Source of the DNA: a virus
Taxonomy: Duplodnaviria > Caudoviricetes
DNA length: 38,076 bases
IMG/VR virus record: IMGVR_UViG_3300028392_000013
Coordinates: 1 to 38,076 of that record
Direction: 5' to 3' (one strand)
Every line of letters begins with the position of its first letter. Within the stretch, counting starts at the first letter, position 1. Both the position numbers and the translations under genes were made by a program. Shown in pieces: positions 8,028 to 16,309 of this stretch. The notes beneath the pieces were generated by a model. The model had not been told where the DNA came from. It saw only the letters and a program-made list of their open reading frames with translations, and did not search any database.

Positions 8028-8347
8028 CGCGAAAAGAGTTTCAACGGTTTCTTGATCGCGATCGCAGCTGCTATCACTGCGGTAGATCTGACGACACGCT
8101 GATCCCGCAGCACAGGAAGGGAAGGGGGATGGGTGGCAGCAAGGAACGGAACAGGGCAAGCAATGTGGTGGTGCTTTGCAGCTGGGCGAACGGCATGATT
8201 GAAGCTAACGCGGACTTTGCGGCGACGGCACGGGAGCTGGGCTGGGCTTTGAGATCAGGGCAGGATCCTGAAGGCACGCCGATCCGCGACGCGACGGGGA
8301 CGTGGTGGCAGCTGAATGACCAGTTTGAACGGTTTATTACGTTTTGA
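8012..8347 (+). CDS. HNH endonuclease family protein
   Basis: RDRSCYHCG, QHRKGRGMGG, NVVVLCSWAN. Confidence 0.8.
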   Translation: MAARLTRKEFQRFLDRDRSCYHCGRSDDTLIPQHRKGRGMGGSKERNRASNVVVLCSWANGMIEANADFAATARELGWALRSGQDPEGTPIRDATGTWWQLNDQFERFITF

Positions 8348-8440
8348 TAAATATGGCGTTTTTACCCTTTTATTAGACAAAGTTCAGTAGTGTGGAAGTA
8401 CAGCGAAGGGCTGGGCACCACCTAAACGAAGGAGCTACAA
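8336..8440 (+). promoter_or_regulatory. Early promoter/leader module 2
   Basis: ATTAC-n6-ATAAA, TTAGACAAAGTT, -10 TAGTGT (8388-8393), CAGC-GAAGG-GCTG hairpin, AACGAAGGAG RBS. Confidence 0.7.
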
Positions 8441-8689
8441 ATGACAACCACCACCACCATCTACGAGATCAGCACTTACGGCTTTGCAGGTTTCTACGGC
8501 AAGCAGCTGGTCAACGGCAAAGATGGAATGACACACGCAGCGATCGTAGTCAACGAGCACAATGAGATGACAATCACACTGCACGTCAACGAAAAGGCTG
8601 CACAAGCTGGACTACGCAGACTACTTTCAAGCTTCGACAAACAAGCACTCGGAGCAAGCGGCACCACTTACCCTGCATACGCAATCTAA
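8441..8689 (+). CDS. Hypothetical early protein
   Basis: 82-aa ORF with strong RBS. Confidence 0.75.
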   Translation: MTTTTTIYEISTYGFAGFYGKQLVNGKDGMTHAAIVVNEHNEMTITLHVNEKAAQAGLRRLLSSFDKQALGASGTTYPAYAI

Positions 8690-8714
8690 GACTGATCAGG
8701 AAGGATCAATCAAA

Positions 8715-9053
8715 ATGACAACAACAGTAAACACCTACAACATGAGCAACAAGGGCAACGCAAACACACTGGCAAACGAGCTCGTGATGATCTACCACGG
8801 ACGCGACTACGTGACACCATGGATCCGCGAAACCAAATACTGGACGGGCGTCGATTTTCTGGTTGCCACTTTCAACGGCGGAGCTTGGAACGGCGTGCGA
8901 CTTTCAGTGAACGAAGAAGGCACGATCAATATCTTCTTTATGAAACACGGAGCATCCAGCGGCGACGAAACCCGAATCATCGGCAGCACTTCATACGCGG
9001 TGCTGGAAGCAACAATCAACACTTACCTAAACAAGATCCTAGGGAGCAACTGA
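8715..9053 (+). CDS. Hypothetical early protein
   Basis: 112-aa ORF with AGGAAGGA RBS. Confidence 0.75.
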   Translation: MTTTVNTYNMSNKGNANTLANELVMIYHGRDYVTPWIRETKYWTGVDFLVATFNGGAWNGVRLSVNEEGTINIFFMKHGASSGDETRIIGSTSYAVLEATINTYLNKILGSN

Positions 9054-9151
9054 TGGACAGCTCAAACCTAAACTACTCAGACGAAGAACTTGATTGCACG
9101 CAAGAACAATACGACGCGTGGATCAACAGAACAAACGAAGGAGCAAACTGA
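9053..9151 (+). CDS. Short acidic peptide (32 aa)
   Basis: MDSSNLNYSDEELDCTQEQYDAWINRTNEGAN; TGATG coupling at both ends. Confidence 0.55.
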   Translation: MDSSNLNYSDEELDCTQEQYDAWINRTNEGAN

Positions 9152-9444
9152 TGGCGGCGACACTTTGGAAGGGCGTCCTAGGGTACAAGCTGGAGATCAA
9201 ACGCGAAGACAGCGGCACCCTTACCATAGGGCTGAACGAAGAAGATGTGATTGCGATCAGCAAGAACATCATCGAGCTCCTAGGCATCGACATTGAATGC
9301 GTGCCAGACGACGTGCAGCTGTGGCTTGAAAGCAAACGTCAGTGCGGCAGCTGCGAAGGCGACGGCAAGTTCGAAGGCGTACCAACTCCTAACGGTGAAG
9401 CAGCATGCACCGACTGCAACGGCGAAGGATTGGTGGCACGATGA
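9151..9444 (+). CDS. Hypothetical protein with DnaJ-type zinc finger
   Basis: CGSCEGDG...CTDCNGEG; AACGAAGGAG RBS. Confidence 0.75.
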   Translation: MAATLWKGVLGYKLEIKREDSGTLTIGLNEEDVIAISKNIIELLGIDIECVPDDVQLWLESKRQCGSCEGDGKFEGVPTPNGEAACTDCNGEGLVAR

Positions 9445-9659
9445 CCAGCAAGATGCATGCGGAGCTTTGGCAGCAAGCCGTGACCGCAGCGGTGAACTGG
9501 CTTACACACGGCTCCGCTTTGACGCCGCAGCAACGGTCCAGCTTTTACTCTTTCATTGATCAGATCGCAGAATACGAACGACAAGCACCAAGCTCGATCA
9601 AACGGCTGGTGCTTATGGACGCCGTCGAAATTGTGGCGAAGGGCAAGACCAATGACTAA
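9441..9659 (+). CDS. Hypothetical protein
   Basis: ATGA-coupled start MTSKMHAELW. Confidence 0.65.
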   Translation: MTSKMHAELWQQAVTAAVNWLTHGSALTPQQRSSFYSFIDQIAEYERQAPSSIKRLVLMDAVEIVAKGKTND

Positions 9660-9807
9660 GGACGAACAGATTGACCAGCTGCAAACGCAGATCAACGTGA
9701 CAAGGATGATCGCAGCTCAACCGATCAACGCGGCTCTTGCAGCAACCTTTCAATTGCGGCTGGCAGATTTGGAACGCGAAATGGCGGAGTTGATCCGTCC
9801 AGAGTAG
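9652..9807 (+). CDS. Small hypothetical protein
   Basis: MTKDEQIDQLQ..., ATGACTAA overlap. Confidence 0.6.
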   Translation: MTKDEQIDQLQTQINVTRMIAAQPINAALAATFQLRLADLEREMAELIRPE

Positions 9808-10207
9808 TGCCAAGTTTCCTCGCCCGCGGATAAGGGGATCTGGTTTCAACCGAGCAAAGCGGGCGGGGATTTGGCACGTCTGGGAGCTCCAAGTTGCAAC
9901 CCGCCGCAAAGGGCAGTACTGTCGAACCCGTGGACATTGATCCGCACTCACGCCTAACCCGCGGAGCTATCGACCGTTAGAAGGCGTCGATGTGGCACGC
10001 CCGAATGGTCAGCACGGGCGATCGCTAGGACAGTAGCAGATCAGGATCACGATCATCGAAACGAGCTCCCCGATGACGCAGCACCGACGGGATCCTGAAT
10101 ATGGCGGAGCTGGGCAACTTGTAGTGGGTTGCTCCCTTATACCGACACCCGAAGACTTATACGGGCTGGATCGGGGGAAGGCTGGCTCTAAGCCTTTCCC
10201 TGCCCTT
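9807..10207 (+). ncRNA. Large structured non-coding region (candidate ncRNA or replication origin)
   Basis: Longest gene-free stretch; many nested helices closed by 9909-9916/10200-10207; strand assumed from context. Confidence 0.55.
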
Positions 10208-10243
10208 GGAGCTTACCGAGCTGAATGCGGTCAAATAGGGTTA

Positions 10244-10359
10244 ATAACGATTTGATAAACTTCGGTTAGAACACGCCGCAAAGTAGCATTTAGACCTGAA
10301 AAGTGGCATACTGGAACTACAGGGAAGCGAAGGGCAACCCTCCAAACGAAGGACACAAA
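10244..10359 (+). promoter_or_regulatory. Early promoter/leader module 3
   Basis: ATAAC-n6-ATAAA, AACACGC, TAGCAT-17-CATACT (10284-10312), GGG..GCGAAGGGC..CCC hairpin, AACGAAGGA RBS. Confidence 0.75.
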
Positions 10360-10644
10360 ATGCTACAGAAGGTAACCAACAAGGCGATCGCTGAGATCCT
10401 AGTCAACGCTGGAATTGAAAAGGCGATTTACAGCAATGCACGCAAGCAGCTGCCACAGAACGAAGGCTTCCGCTTTCAAACTTTCAAGAACGAATACCAC
10501 AACCTGCTAAGCATTTACGCAGCAACCACTTACTGGAACGACGACAAGCAGATCGAGCTTGCAACCAAAATCAGTGCAGCACTTACCGCGGCGGGCATTT
10601 CAAACGTACGCAACAACGACCGCGTCAGCATTGAACGAGCATAA
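10360..10644 (+). CDS. Hypothetical early protein
   Basis: Start MLQKVTNK at 10360 behind the conserved RBS; the GTG at 10303 lies inside the promoter. Confidence 0.75.
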   Translation: MLQKVTNKAIAEILVNAGIEKAIYSNARKQLPQNEGFRFQTFKNEYHNLLSIYAATTYWNDDKQIELATKISAALTAAGISNVRNNDRVSIERA

Positions 10645-10658
10645 GGAAGGGCAAGCAA

Positions 10659-10709
10659 ATGTCGGTGGTTCAAAATAACATCTCGAACAAAGGAGCAAAC
10701 AATGGATAG
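10659..10709 (+). CDS. 16-aa mini-ORF coupled to the exonuclease gene
   Basis: AGGAAGGG RBS then MSVVQNNISNKGANNG*; stop overlaps ATG 10702. Confidence 0.4.
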   Translation: MSVVQNNISNKGANNG

Positions 10710-11601
10710 ACAGACACTCATCGCGGCATTGATCGCAAAGGATGACTCAAGGGCACGCAGCAAGCAGACCGCGATTGGCGTGAGCTCGCTGGGCGATTGC
10801 CGCCGTAAGGTTTGGCATATGAACCGCGGCGACGAAGGCACCAACACCACCCGCCGCCTTGCCGCAATCATGGGCACCGCGATCCACGCAGCAATCGAAG
10901 CTGCCATCGAAGGCACCGACGCCCTGATTGAGCACCGCGTAGAAGTTGAAGGGTTACCACCCGCAACAATCGACTATTTCAAGGACGGCGAAGTCATTGA
11001 CTGGAAAACAATCACGATGAAGAACAGGGACTACTTTGTTACTAAGCAGAAGCGGTGGCAAATCCAGACTTACGGCTATCTGCTAAGTCAGACAGGCGTG
11101 CCAGTTCACACCGTGACCTTGGTGGGAATCCCGCGTGACGGCAGCGAAGACGACATCCTGATCCACAGCGAACGCTACGACGAAACGATTGCACTGGAAG
11201 CATTGCAATGGCTTAAGGACGTTCAAGCCGCACAAGAACCGCCGCAACCAGAACGCGACCCTGCAACGTTCTGCAAAAGCTATTGCCCGTTTTACGGCAA
11301 CCAGTGCAACGGGATCACGAAGGACCTTGAAGGGGAACCGATCACGGATCCGTCAGCGATGAACGCAGCACTTAGATACAAGGAGCTCAACGTCCAGATC
11401 AAACAGCTCGAAGGCGAAAAGGACGCAGCAAAAACTGCCCTTGAAGGCGTCAGCGGCATCACGATCGACGGCATCAAGGTGAGCTGGTCCGAGATTTCAG
11501 GACGAAGCACGCCAGATCTAGACGCAATTGAAAAGGCGTTGAACGGAGCACCAATCCCGATGAAGACTGGTAGCCCGTCCGTTCGATTAAACATTAAGTA
11601 A
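10702..11601 (+). CDS. Cas4-like PD-(D/E)XK exonuclease (likely RecE-type partner of Bet)
   Basis: IGVSSLGDCRRK, GTAIHAAIE, ID..VIDWKT, QIQTYG, FCKSYCPFYGNQC. Confidence 0.88.
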   Translation: MDRQTLIAALIAKDDSRARSKQTAIGVSSLGDCRRKVWHMNRGDEGTNTTRRLAAIMGTAIHAAIEAAIEGTDALIEHRVEVEGLPPATIDYFKDGEVIDWKTITMKNRDYFVTKQKRWQIQTYGYLLSQTGVPVHTVTLVGIPRDGSEDDILIHSERYDETIALEALQWLKDVQAAQEPPQPERDPATFCKSYCPFYGNQCNGITKDLEGEPITDPSAMNAALRYKELNVQIKQLEGEKDAAKTALEGVSGITIDGIKVSWSEISGRSTPDLDAIEKALNGAPIPMKTGSPSVRLNIK

Positions 11602-11614
11602 AGCAAAGGAAAAG

Positions 11615-11860
11615 ATGGAAGACCAAATAGCAGCTGCCGCATTTGAGCAGGACATGAAAACACCAACACTGGGATCCGAGAACCAACAGGTGCGAGCTCG
11701 CTGGAAACAAGGCTACCGAACTGGACGCCGATCCGCATGCAACGAGATCGCACAGATGATCCAGTTTGATCAGAAGCTGCAATCAGAGATCGCACAAGCA
11801 GCGGAACCGTTCCAGTTTCTAGCTCAATACATCCGAGAGTTTTCGAAGGAAAGCAAATGA
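11615..11860 (+). CDS. Hypothetical protein
   Basis: 81-aa ORF with RBS. Confidence 0.65.
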   Translation: MEDQIAAAAFEQDMKTPTLGSENQQVRARWKQGYRTGRRSACNEIAQMIQFDQKLQSEIAQAAEPFQFLAQYIREFSKESK

Positions 11861-12090
11861 CGATCAACGTGGAATGGCGGAACCGCATGCGACAGCTGGA
11901 ACTTGAACGCATTGATCCGTCATGGCGGAAACCAGTGCAACCAGAGCAGGTGATCGTGTTCACCAAGGCAGCTCCGATCAGCGAAACAATGAAGCGTTTG
12001 TATTTCAACGCGGGACGTTATGCGGCGGGCAATCGCGATGCGGTGGCAACTAAGGCACACGCAAAGCTGGCGAAGAAGGGTGAAGCATGA
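11857..12090 (+). CDS. Hypothetical protein
   Basis: 77-aa coupled ORF. Confidence 0.65.
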   Translation: MTINVEWRNRMRQLELERIDPSWRKPVQPEQVIVFTKAAPISETMKRLYFNAGRYAAGNRDAVATKAHAKLAKKGEA

Positions 12091-12218
12091 GCAAGGCACG
12101 CAACCAACGGCTGAAAAGCAAACGCAAGTTAAAGAAGGCAGCTGAGATCCTTGTGGCAAGGATGACAGATGATGAACGAGCTCGACTTGAAAAGTTGTTG
12201 AAGGAGCAGAATGCCTAA
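12087..12218 (+). CDS. Small basic protein (43 aa); not in ORF track
   Basis: MSKARNQRLKSKRKLKKAAEILVARMTDDERARLEKLLKEQNA; coupled at both ends. Confidence 0.6.
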   Translation: MSKARNQRLKSKRKLKKAAEILVARMTDDERARLEKLLKEQNA

Positions 12219-12621
12219 GCTGACATGCACGCTGGCGATCGCAGCTAAACCACAAGGCAGCAAGACACCGTTCAAAACAAAGACGGGCAAGCTTGTCGTT
12301 GTTGAATCATCACCGCAACTTAAAGTGCAGCGAGCAAAGATGAGCAAACTGATCGCAGCTCTCGCAGCGGTCGAAGGTTGGCAAACACCAAGTGCAACGA
12401 CACCGATCAGCGTGACGATCACGTGCGGCTTTGAACAACCAGCAAGCAACCAGCTGGACCATCACACCAACGTCCCCGATTTGGATAAGCTCGTGCGTTT
12501 CTGTTTAGACGCTTGCACGGACGCAGGAGTATGGCTGGATGACAAACAAGTCACAAGGATCGACGCCCGCAAAATTTATAGTTTAGAATCCAGCACAAGA
12601 ATCGAGATCACTTATGAATAG
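12211..12621 (+). CDS. rusA: RusA-like Holliday junction resolvase
   Basis: KPQGSK; PDLDKLVRFCLDACTDAGVWLDDKQV. Confidence 0.92.
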   Translation: MPKLTCTLAIAAKPQGSKTPFKTKTGKLVVVESSPQLKVQRAKMSKLIAALAAVEGWQTPSATTPISVTITCGFEQPASNQLDHHTNVPDLDKLVRFCLDACTDAGVWLDDKQVTRIDARKIYSLESSTRIEITYE

Positions 12622-12871
12622 ACCACAGGTGCAAACCATCATGCAATTTGCTCTTGATCCGTTGTGGGAAGACGCAACGTGTCAATACACGGACCCTGAA
12701 ATATTTTTTGCATTGGATTTAGGATCACAAGTCCAAGCAAAGGAAGTCTGCGACAGCTGTCCGATCAGGATGCAGTGCTTAGATTACGCGATCCAAGCCA
12801 AAATTGAATATGGTATTTTTGGCGGATTTACGCCAGAAGAACGCAACAAAATAAAAAAGACGCTACACTAG
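12614..12871 (+). CDS. whiB: WhiB family transcription factor
   Basis: W..ATC..TDPEIFF, CDSCPIRMQCLDYA, GIFGG. Confidence 0.95.
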   Translation: MNRPQVQTIMQFALDPLWEDATCQYTDPEIFFALDLGSQVQAKEVCDSCPIRMQCLDYAIQAKIEYGIFGGFTPEERNKIKKTLH

Positions 12872-12900
12872 AACTAACCTAACTGAAAGAAGGCTAACCG

Positions 12901-13263
12901 ATGGCAACCATCAAAGTAACAGGAACCGCAACCCGTATATTTTGGAACGGACGCGGAGTAGAAGTATCCGAAGAATTCAAAACAATAGGCGAAGGCGGCA
13001 ACAAGGTGATCGCAACCCGCAAATACACTGCGTGGTTTGAAGAAGCCGTGCCGTTTGAAACCAACACATATGGAATCTTTGAAGGCAACCTAAGTGCCAC
13101 CATTGAAAAGTGGACTAAAGACGAGCAACCAGTGATCGACAAACGAACAGGTGAACAAGGCGTCAGCGTGAAACTTGCGATCAACGCGGCAACCTTTACC
13201 AGCACGATCAACCAGCGACCAGAACCAACACCGCCAAGCTACAGCGACGAAACACCGTTCTAA
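12901..13263 (+). CDS. ssb: Single-stranded DNA-binding protein
   Basis: OB-fold-like beta pattern; acidic C-terminus YSDETPF. Confidence 0.75.
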   Translation: MATIKVTGTATRIFWNGRGVEVSEEFKTIGEGGNKVIATRKYTAWFEEAVPFETNTYGIFEGNLSATIEKWTKDEQPVIDKRTGEQGVSVKLAINAATFTSTINQRPEPTPPSYSDETPF

Positions 13264-13559
13264 TGACTGAGCTCCTAACCTTTACACAAGAACCAGATAG
13301 TGCAGAGCTGCTGGAAATGGAACGAGCAAAGCGTTTAGATCAGACCGTCAGGTTCTGGTTTGTGTTCTGTGCTTTGGAATACGCGGGCAACATTACGCTG
13401 TTAGATCCTGCACGCGAACAATATGAAAAGGCTCGTCACAATTGGATGGCTCTGTTTCAGAACAGCAATGAGCAAGTTTTAGATCTAAAACTGGAGCAAG
13501 CTAAGAAGGAATCATTTATGGACGGCTTTGCAGCGATCACAGTTGGCAGCACCGCGTGA
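13263..13559 (+). CDS. Hypothetical protein
   Basis: 98-aa coupled ORF. Confidence 0.65.
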   Translation: MTELLTFTQEPDSAELLEMERAKRLDQTVRFWFVFCALEYAGNITLLDPAREQYEKARHNWMALFQNSNEQVLDLKLEQAKKESFMDGFAAITVGSTA

Positions 13560-14002
13560 AGTGTTTGAAGTGGCAAGGCGAAGTTGATGAGATCCGTGGC
13601 GAACCAATAAAAGACGGTGAACCTTGGATGGTCGGGATCCGTAAATGTAAGACACCAAACTGTGTTACCCCCGCACACATCCACGGCTACCTTGAACAGC
13701 TTGCCACGATCGCAGATCAATCAAACACTTACCCTGTGGTTTATTGCCAAGCACACAAGTGCCGCAAGATCGCGAAAAGCCTAAACCTATGCGTCACACA
13801 TTATTTGCAACATCACCGAGCTCGCAGACGCGAAGGCTGGACAAAGACTAAACCGACGTTTGAACAGCTGCAAGAAGCAATGACGCCGAAGACCACTGAC
13901 GCCAATTGCAACCTTGAAGGCTGCAACAAACCAAGACACGCCCGCGGCATATGCGACAAACACTATGCACAGTGGAGCAGACAGAAGGACACATGGAGCT
14001 AG
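13556..14002 (+). CDS. Cys/His-rich zinc-binding protein
   Basis: CKTPNCVTPAH plus two C-x4-C-x9-C-x2-HY repeats. Confidence 0.7.
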   Translation: MKCLKWQGEVDEIRGEPIKDGEPWMVGIRKCKTPNCVTPAHIHGYLEQLATIADQSNTYPVVYCQAHKCRKIAKSLNLCVTHYLQHHRARRREGWTKTKPTFEQLQEAMTPKTTDANCNLEGCNKPRHARGICDKHYAQWSRQKDTWS

Positions 14003-15279
14003 AGCAGATCAAGATCGACAAGTTGATCACAGATCCAAATAACGCACGCAAGCACAGCGACAAGAACCTGAAAGCGATCGTTGGCAGCTTAAACCAGTTC
14101 GGGCAACGCAAACCGATCGTGATCGATAAAGACAACACGGTGATCGCGGGCAACGGAACTCTTGAAGCAGCGAAAAGGATCGGCTGGACTGAGCTCCAAG
14201 TTGTAAGGGTGCCAGCAAGCTGGACCGCAGACCAGATTAAAGCGTTTGCTTTGGCAGACAACAGGTCAAGCGAGCTCGCAAACTGGGACGATAGCATTTT
14301 GGCTCAACAACTCCTAGATTTAGACGAGCACGGCTGGGACATTTCAGAACTAGGTTTCAATCAACGACAGCTGCCACCGATCGGTGAACGCGAAGAAGAC
14401 GAACTGCCATTAACACCCGCAGATCCGAAAAGCAAGCTGGGCTACGTTTACCGCCTAGGCAAGCACCACGTGATCTGTGGCGACAGCACCGACGCAGCAA
14501 CATTGCAACGCGTGCTACAAGGGGAGCTGGCAGATATCGTGTTCACGGATCCGCCATACAACGTCGCATACCAAGGCGGAACTAAAGACAAGCTCACAAT
14601 CCAAAACGACCAGATGACTGAGTCACAGTTCCACAGTTTCCTGCTGGCGTCATACCAAGCGATGTTTCAGAACAGCAAAGAAGGAGCAGCGATCTACGTA
14701 TGCCACGCAGACACAAGCTCGGTGGCTTTCAGATCGTCGTTTGTTGAAGCGGGCTGGCTTTACAAGCAATGCCTGATCTGGGTAAAGGACTCGCTGGTTT
14801 TGAGTCGCCAAGATTACAACTGGATCCACGAACCAATTATTTACGGATGGAAGCCCGGTGCGGCTCACTCTTGGCTTGGACAATTCAGTGAAACAACAGT
14901 GCTCGACACAAAGCCCGCAGATTTGAAGAAGCTCAGCAAACAGGAACTGCTCGACATTTTGACTACAGCGATGCAGAAAGCAACGATCATCAGGGAACCA
15001 CGTCCACGCAGATCATCAGAACATCCAACAATGAAACCCGTAAACCTTGTGACAAGGCTGCTGAACAACAGTGCCAAGAAGGACTCCCTCGTTCTTGATC
15101 CCTTCGGCGGCAGCGGCTCCACGTTGATCGCAGCGGAACAACTCAACATGCGGGCAGCGATCTGCGAGCTTGACCCGAAGTACGTTGACGTGATCATCAA
15201 ACGCTGGGAAAACTTGACTGGCGGAACCGCAGAACTGATCCATCCAATAAACAAACAAACAAAGGAAAGCAATGACTAA
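13993..15279 (+). CDS. ParB-N domain fused to beta-class DNA methyltransferase (N6-A/N4-C)
   Basis: DPNNARKH..IAGNGTLEAA (ParB-like); FTDPPYN; HPTMKP; DPFGGSGST. Confidence 0.92.
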   Translation: MELEQIKIDKLITDPNNARKHSDKNLKAIVGSLNQFGQRKPIVIDKDNTVIAGNGTLEAAKRIGWTELQVVRVPASWTADQIKAFALADNRSSELANWDDSILAQQLLDLDEHGWDISELGFNQRQLPPIGEREEDELPLTPADPKSKLGYVYRLGKHHVICGDSTDAATLQRVLQGELADIVFTDPPYNVAYQGGTKDKLTIQNDQMTESQFHSFLLASYQAMFQNSKEGAAIYVCHADTSSVAFRSSFVEAGWLYKQCLIWVKDSLVLSRQDYNWIHEPIIYGWKPGAAHSWLGQFSETTVLDTKPADLKKLSKQELLDILTTAMQKATIIREPRPRRSSEHPTMKPVNLVTRLLNNSAKKDSLVLDPFGGSGSTLIAAEQLNMRAAICELDPKYVDVIIKRWENLTGGTAELIHPINKQTKESND

Positions 15280-15532
15280 AGAATGCAACTGCATTAACTG
15301 CAACACAGAACCACAGCAACGCTGCAAGAGCTGTAACGAAGCATGTTTGAACTGCCAAGACAAACACGATCCTGAATGGCGTGCAATCCAAGCAGGACGC
15401 TTAGAAGAACAAACAAGGATCCTGCAATTGCTGAAAACCGCAATTGAACAGGAAATGGCAAATCAGACTTTAGATCCGTTCGCCGTGATCAACAAGCTCG
15501 TCGACGACATCAAAGGAAAAACAAATGACTAG
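15272..15532 (+). CDS. Cys-rich hypothetical protein
   Basis: CNCINC..CKSC..CLNC. Confidence 0.65.
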   Translation: MTKECNCINCNTEPQQRCKSCNEACLNCQDKHDPEWRAIQAGRLEEQTRILQLLKTAIEQEMANQTLDPFAVINKLVDDIKGKTND

Positions 15533-15755
15533 ATATCAAGACACCACCGAAGACGCTGCAGCTGAATACTACGAAATACAAAGAATCAAAACTGCCGCCG
15601 CAAAGGAAGAACGCGAAAGACTAATTGAAATGTTGAAAGAGCAGAAGGTTATCCGCAACTGTTCGGCAACAGGAAAACTTGTTTTTATCAACTGCGACAC
15701 CATGGAAGTCTTATACCTTAAGGACGCATTAGTAGAAGGGCAAACAGATAAATGA
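15525..15755 (+). CDS. Hypothetical protein (ERxRLI family)
   Basis: AAAKEERERLIEML. Confidence 0.65.
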   Translation: MTRYQDTTEDAAAEYYEIQRIKTAAAKEERERLIEMLKEQKVIRNCSATGKLVFINCDTMEVLYLKDALVEGQTDK

Positions 15756-16309
15756 AGTTAGCAATTGCTGATCCGCCATATTTAGGCAGAGCAGTTAGAT
15801 GGTATGGGAAAAATGGATGTGGCGATGGTTATGGAGTCAATCAGGCAGACAATCATCCTGAAGCTTACTTGTGGGACTTACCAGAAACACATCAAAACCT
15901 AGTGATTGATCTTGAAAAGAATTTTGATGGCTGGGCAATAGCGATGACCGTGCATTCATTATCGACCTACTTGAAAGTTGTAGAAACCGACTCACGAAAT
16001 GGAATTAGAATAGGCGTCTGGCATAAACCAACTGCTTATCCAAGTGGCAGCAGGATCGGTAATCACTGGGAACCCGTGCTATTCAAAATACCTAAAGAAC
16101 GCAAAGGAAGAAGCACTGGTAAACCAGTTAAAGATATTTTTACAGCCGCACCATTAAAAAATAACTTTGTGGGATCTAAACCGCCTGAATGGACCGCGTG
16201 GGTATTAGACATGTTAGGTCATCAAGCAGGAGATGAAATTGTCGATTTATTCACAGGATCAAATGCAGTAACAAACGCAATAAATAACATTAAAAAGGAA
16301 ATAAAATGA
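15752..16309 (+). CDS. Compact DNA methyltransferase
   Basis: ADPPY near the N-terminus; FVGSKP and DLFTGS at the C-terminus; AT-rich. Confidence 0.8.
   Translation: MKLAIADPPYLGRAVRWYGKNGCGDGYGVNQADNHPEAYLWDLPETHQNLVIDLEKNFDGWAIAMTVHSLSTYLKVVETDSRNGIRIGVWHKPTAYPSGSRIGNHWEPVLFKIPKERKGRSTGKPVKDIFTAAPLKNNFVGSKPPEWTAWVLDMLGHQAGDEIVDLFTGSNAVTNAINNIKKEIK

Noticed and set aside
10053-10076. Hammerhead ribozyme (CGAAAC and CCGATGA nearby)
   Set aside because: The core needs CTGANGA, and spacing leaves no room for stems I and III
9613-10255. ORFs 9613-9951(-), 9725-9937(-) and 10073-10255(+) in the structured region
   Set aside because: No RBS, no recognisable motifs, atypical composition; nested base-pairing explains the region better
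10702-11601. CRISPR-Cas system suggested by the Cas4-like gene
   Set aside because: No repeat-spacer array or other cas genes; solo Cas4-like exonucleases are common phage recombination proteins
11292-12008. Long minus-strand ORFs (this one, 26162-26887, 36101-36571 and others)
   Set aside because: They are antisense shadows of well-supported + strand genes and lack motifs or RBSs
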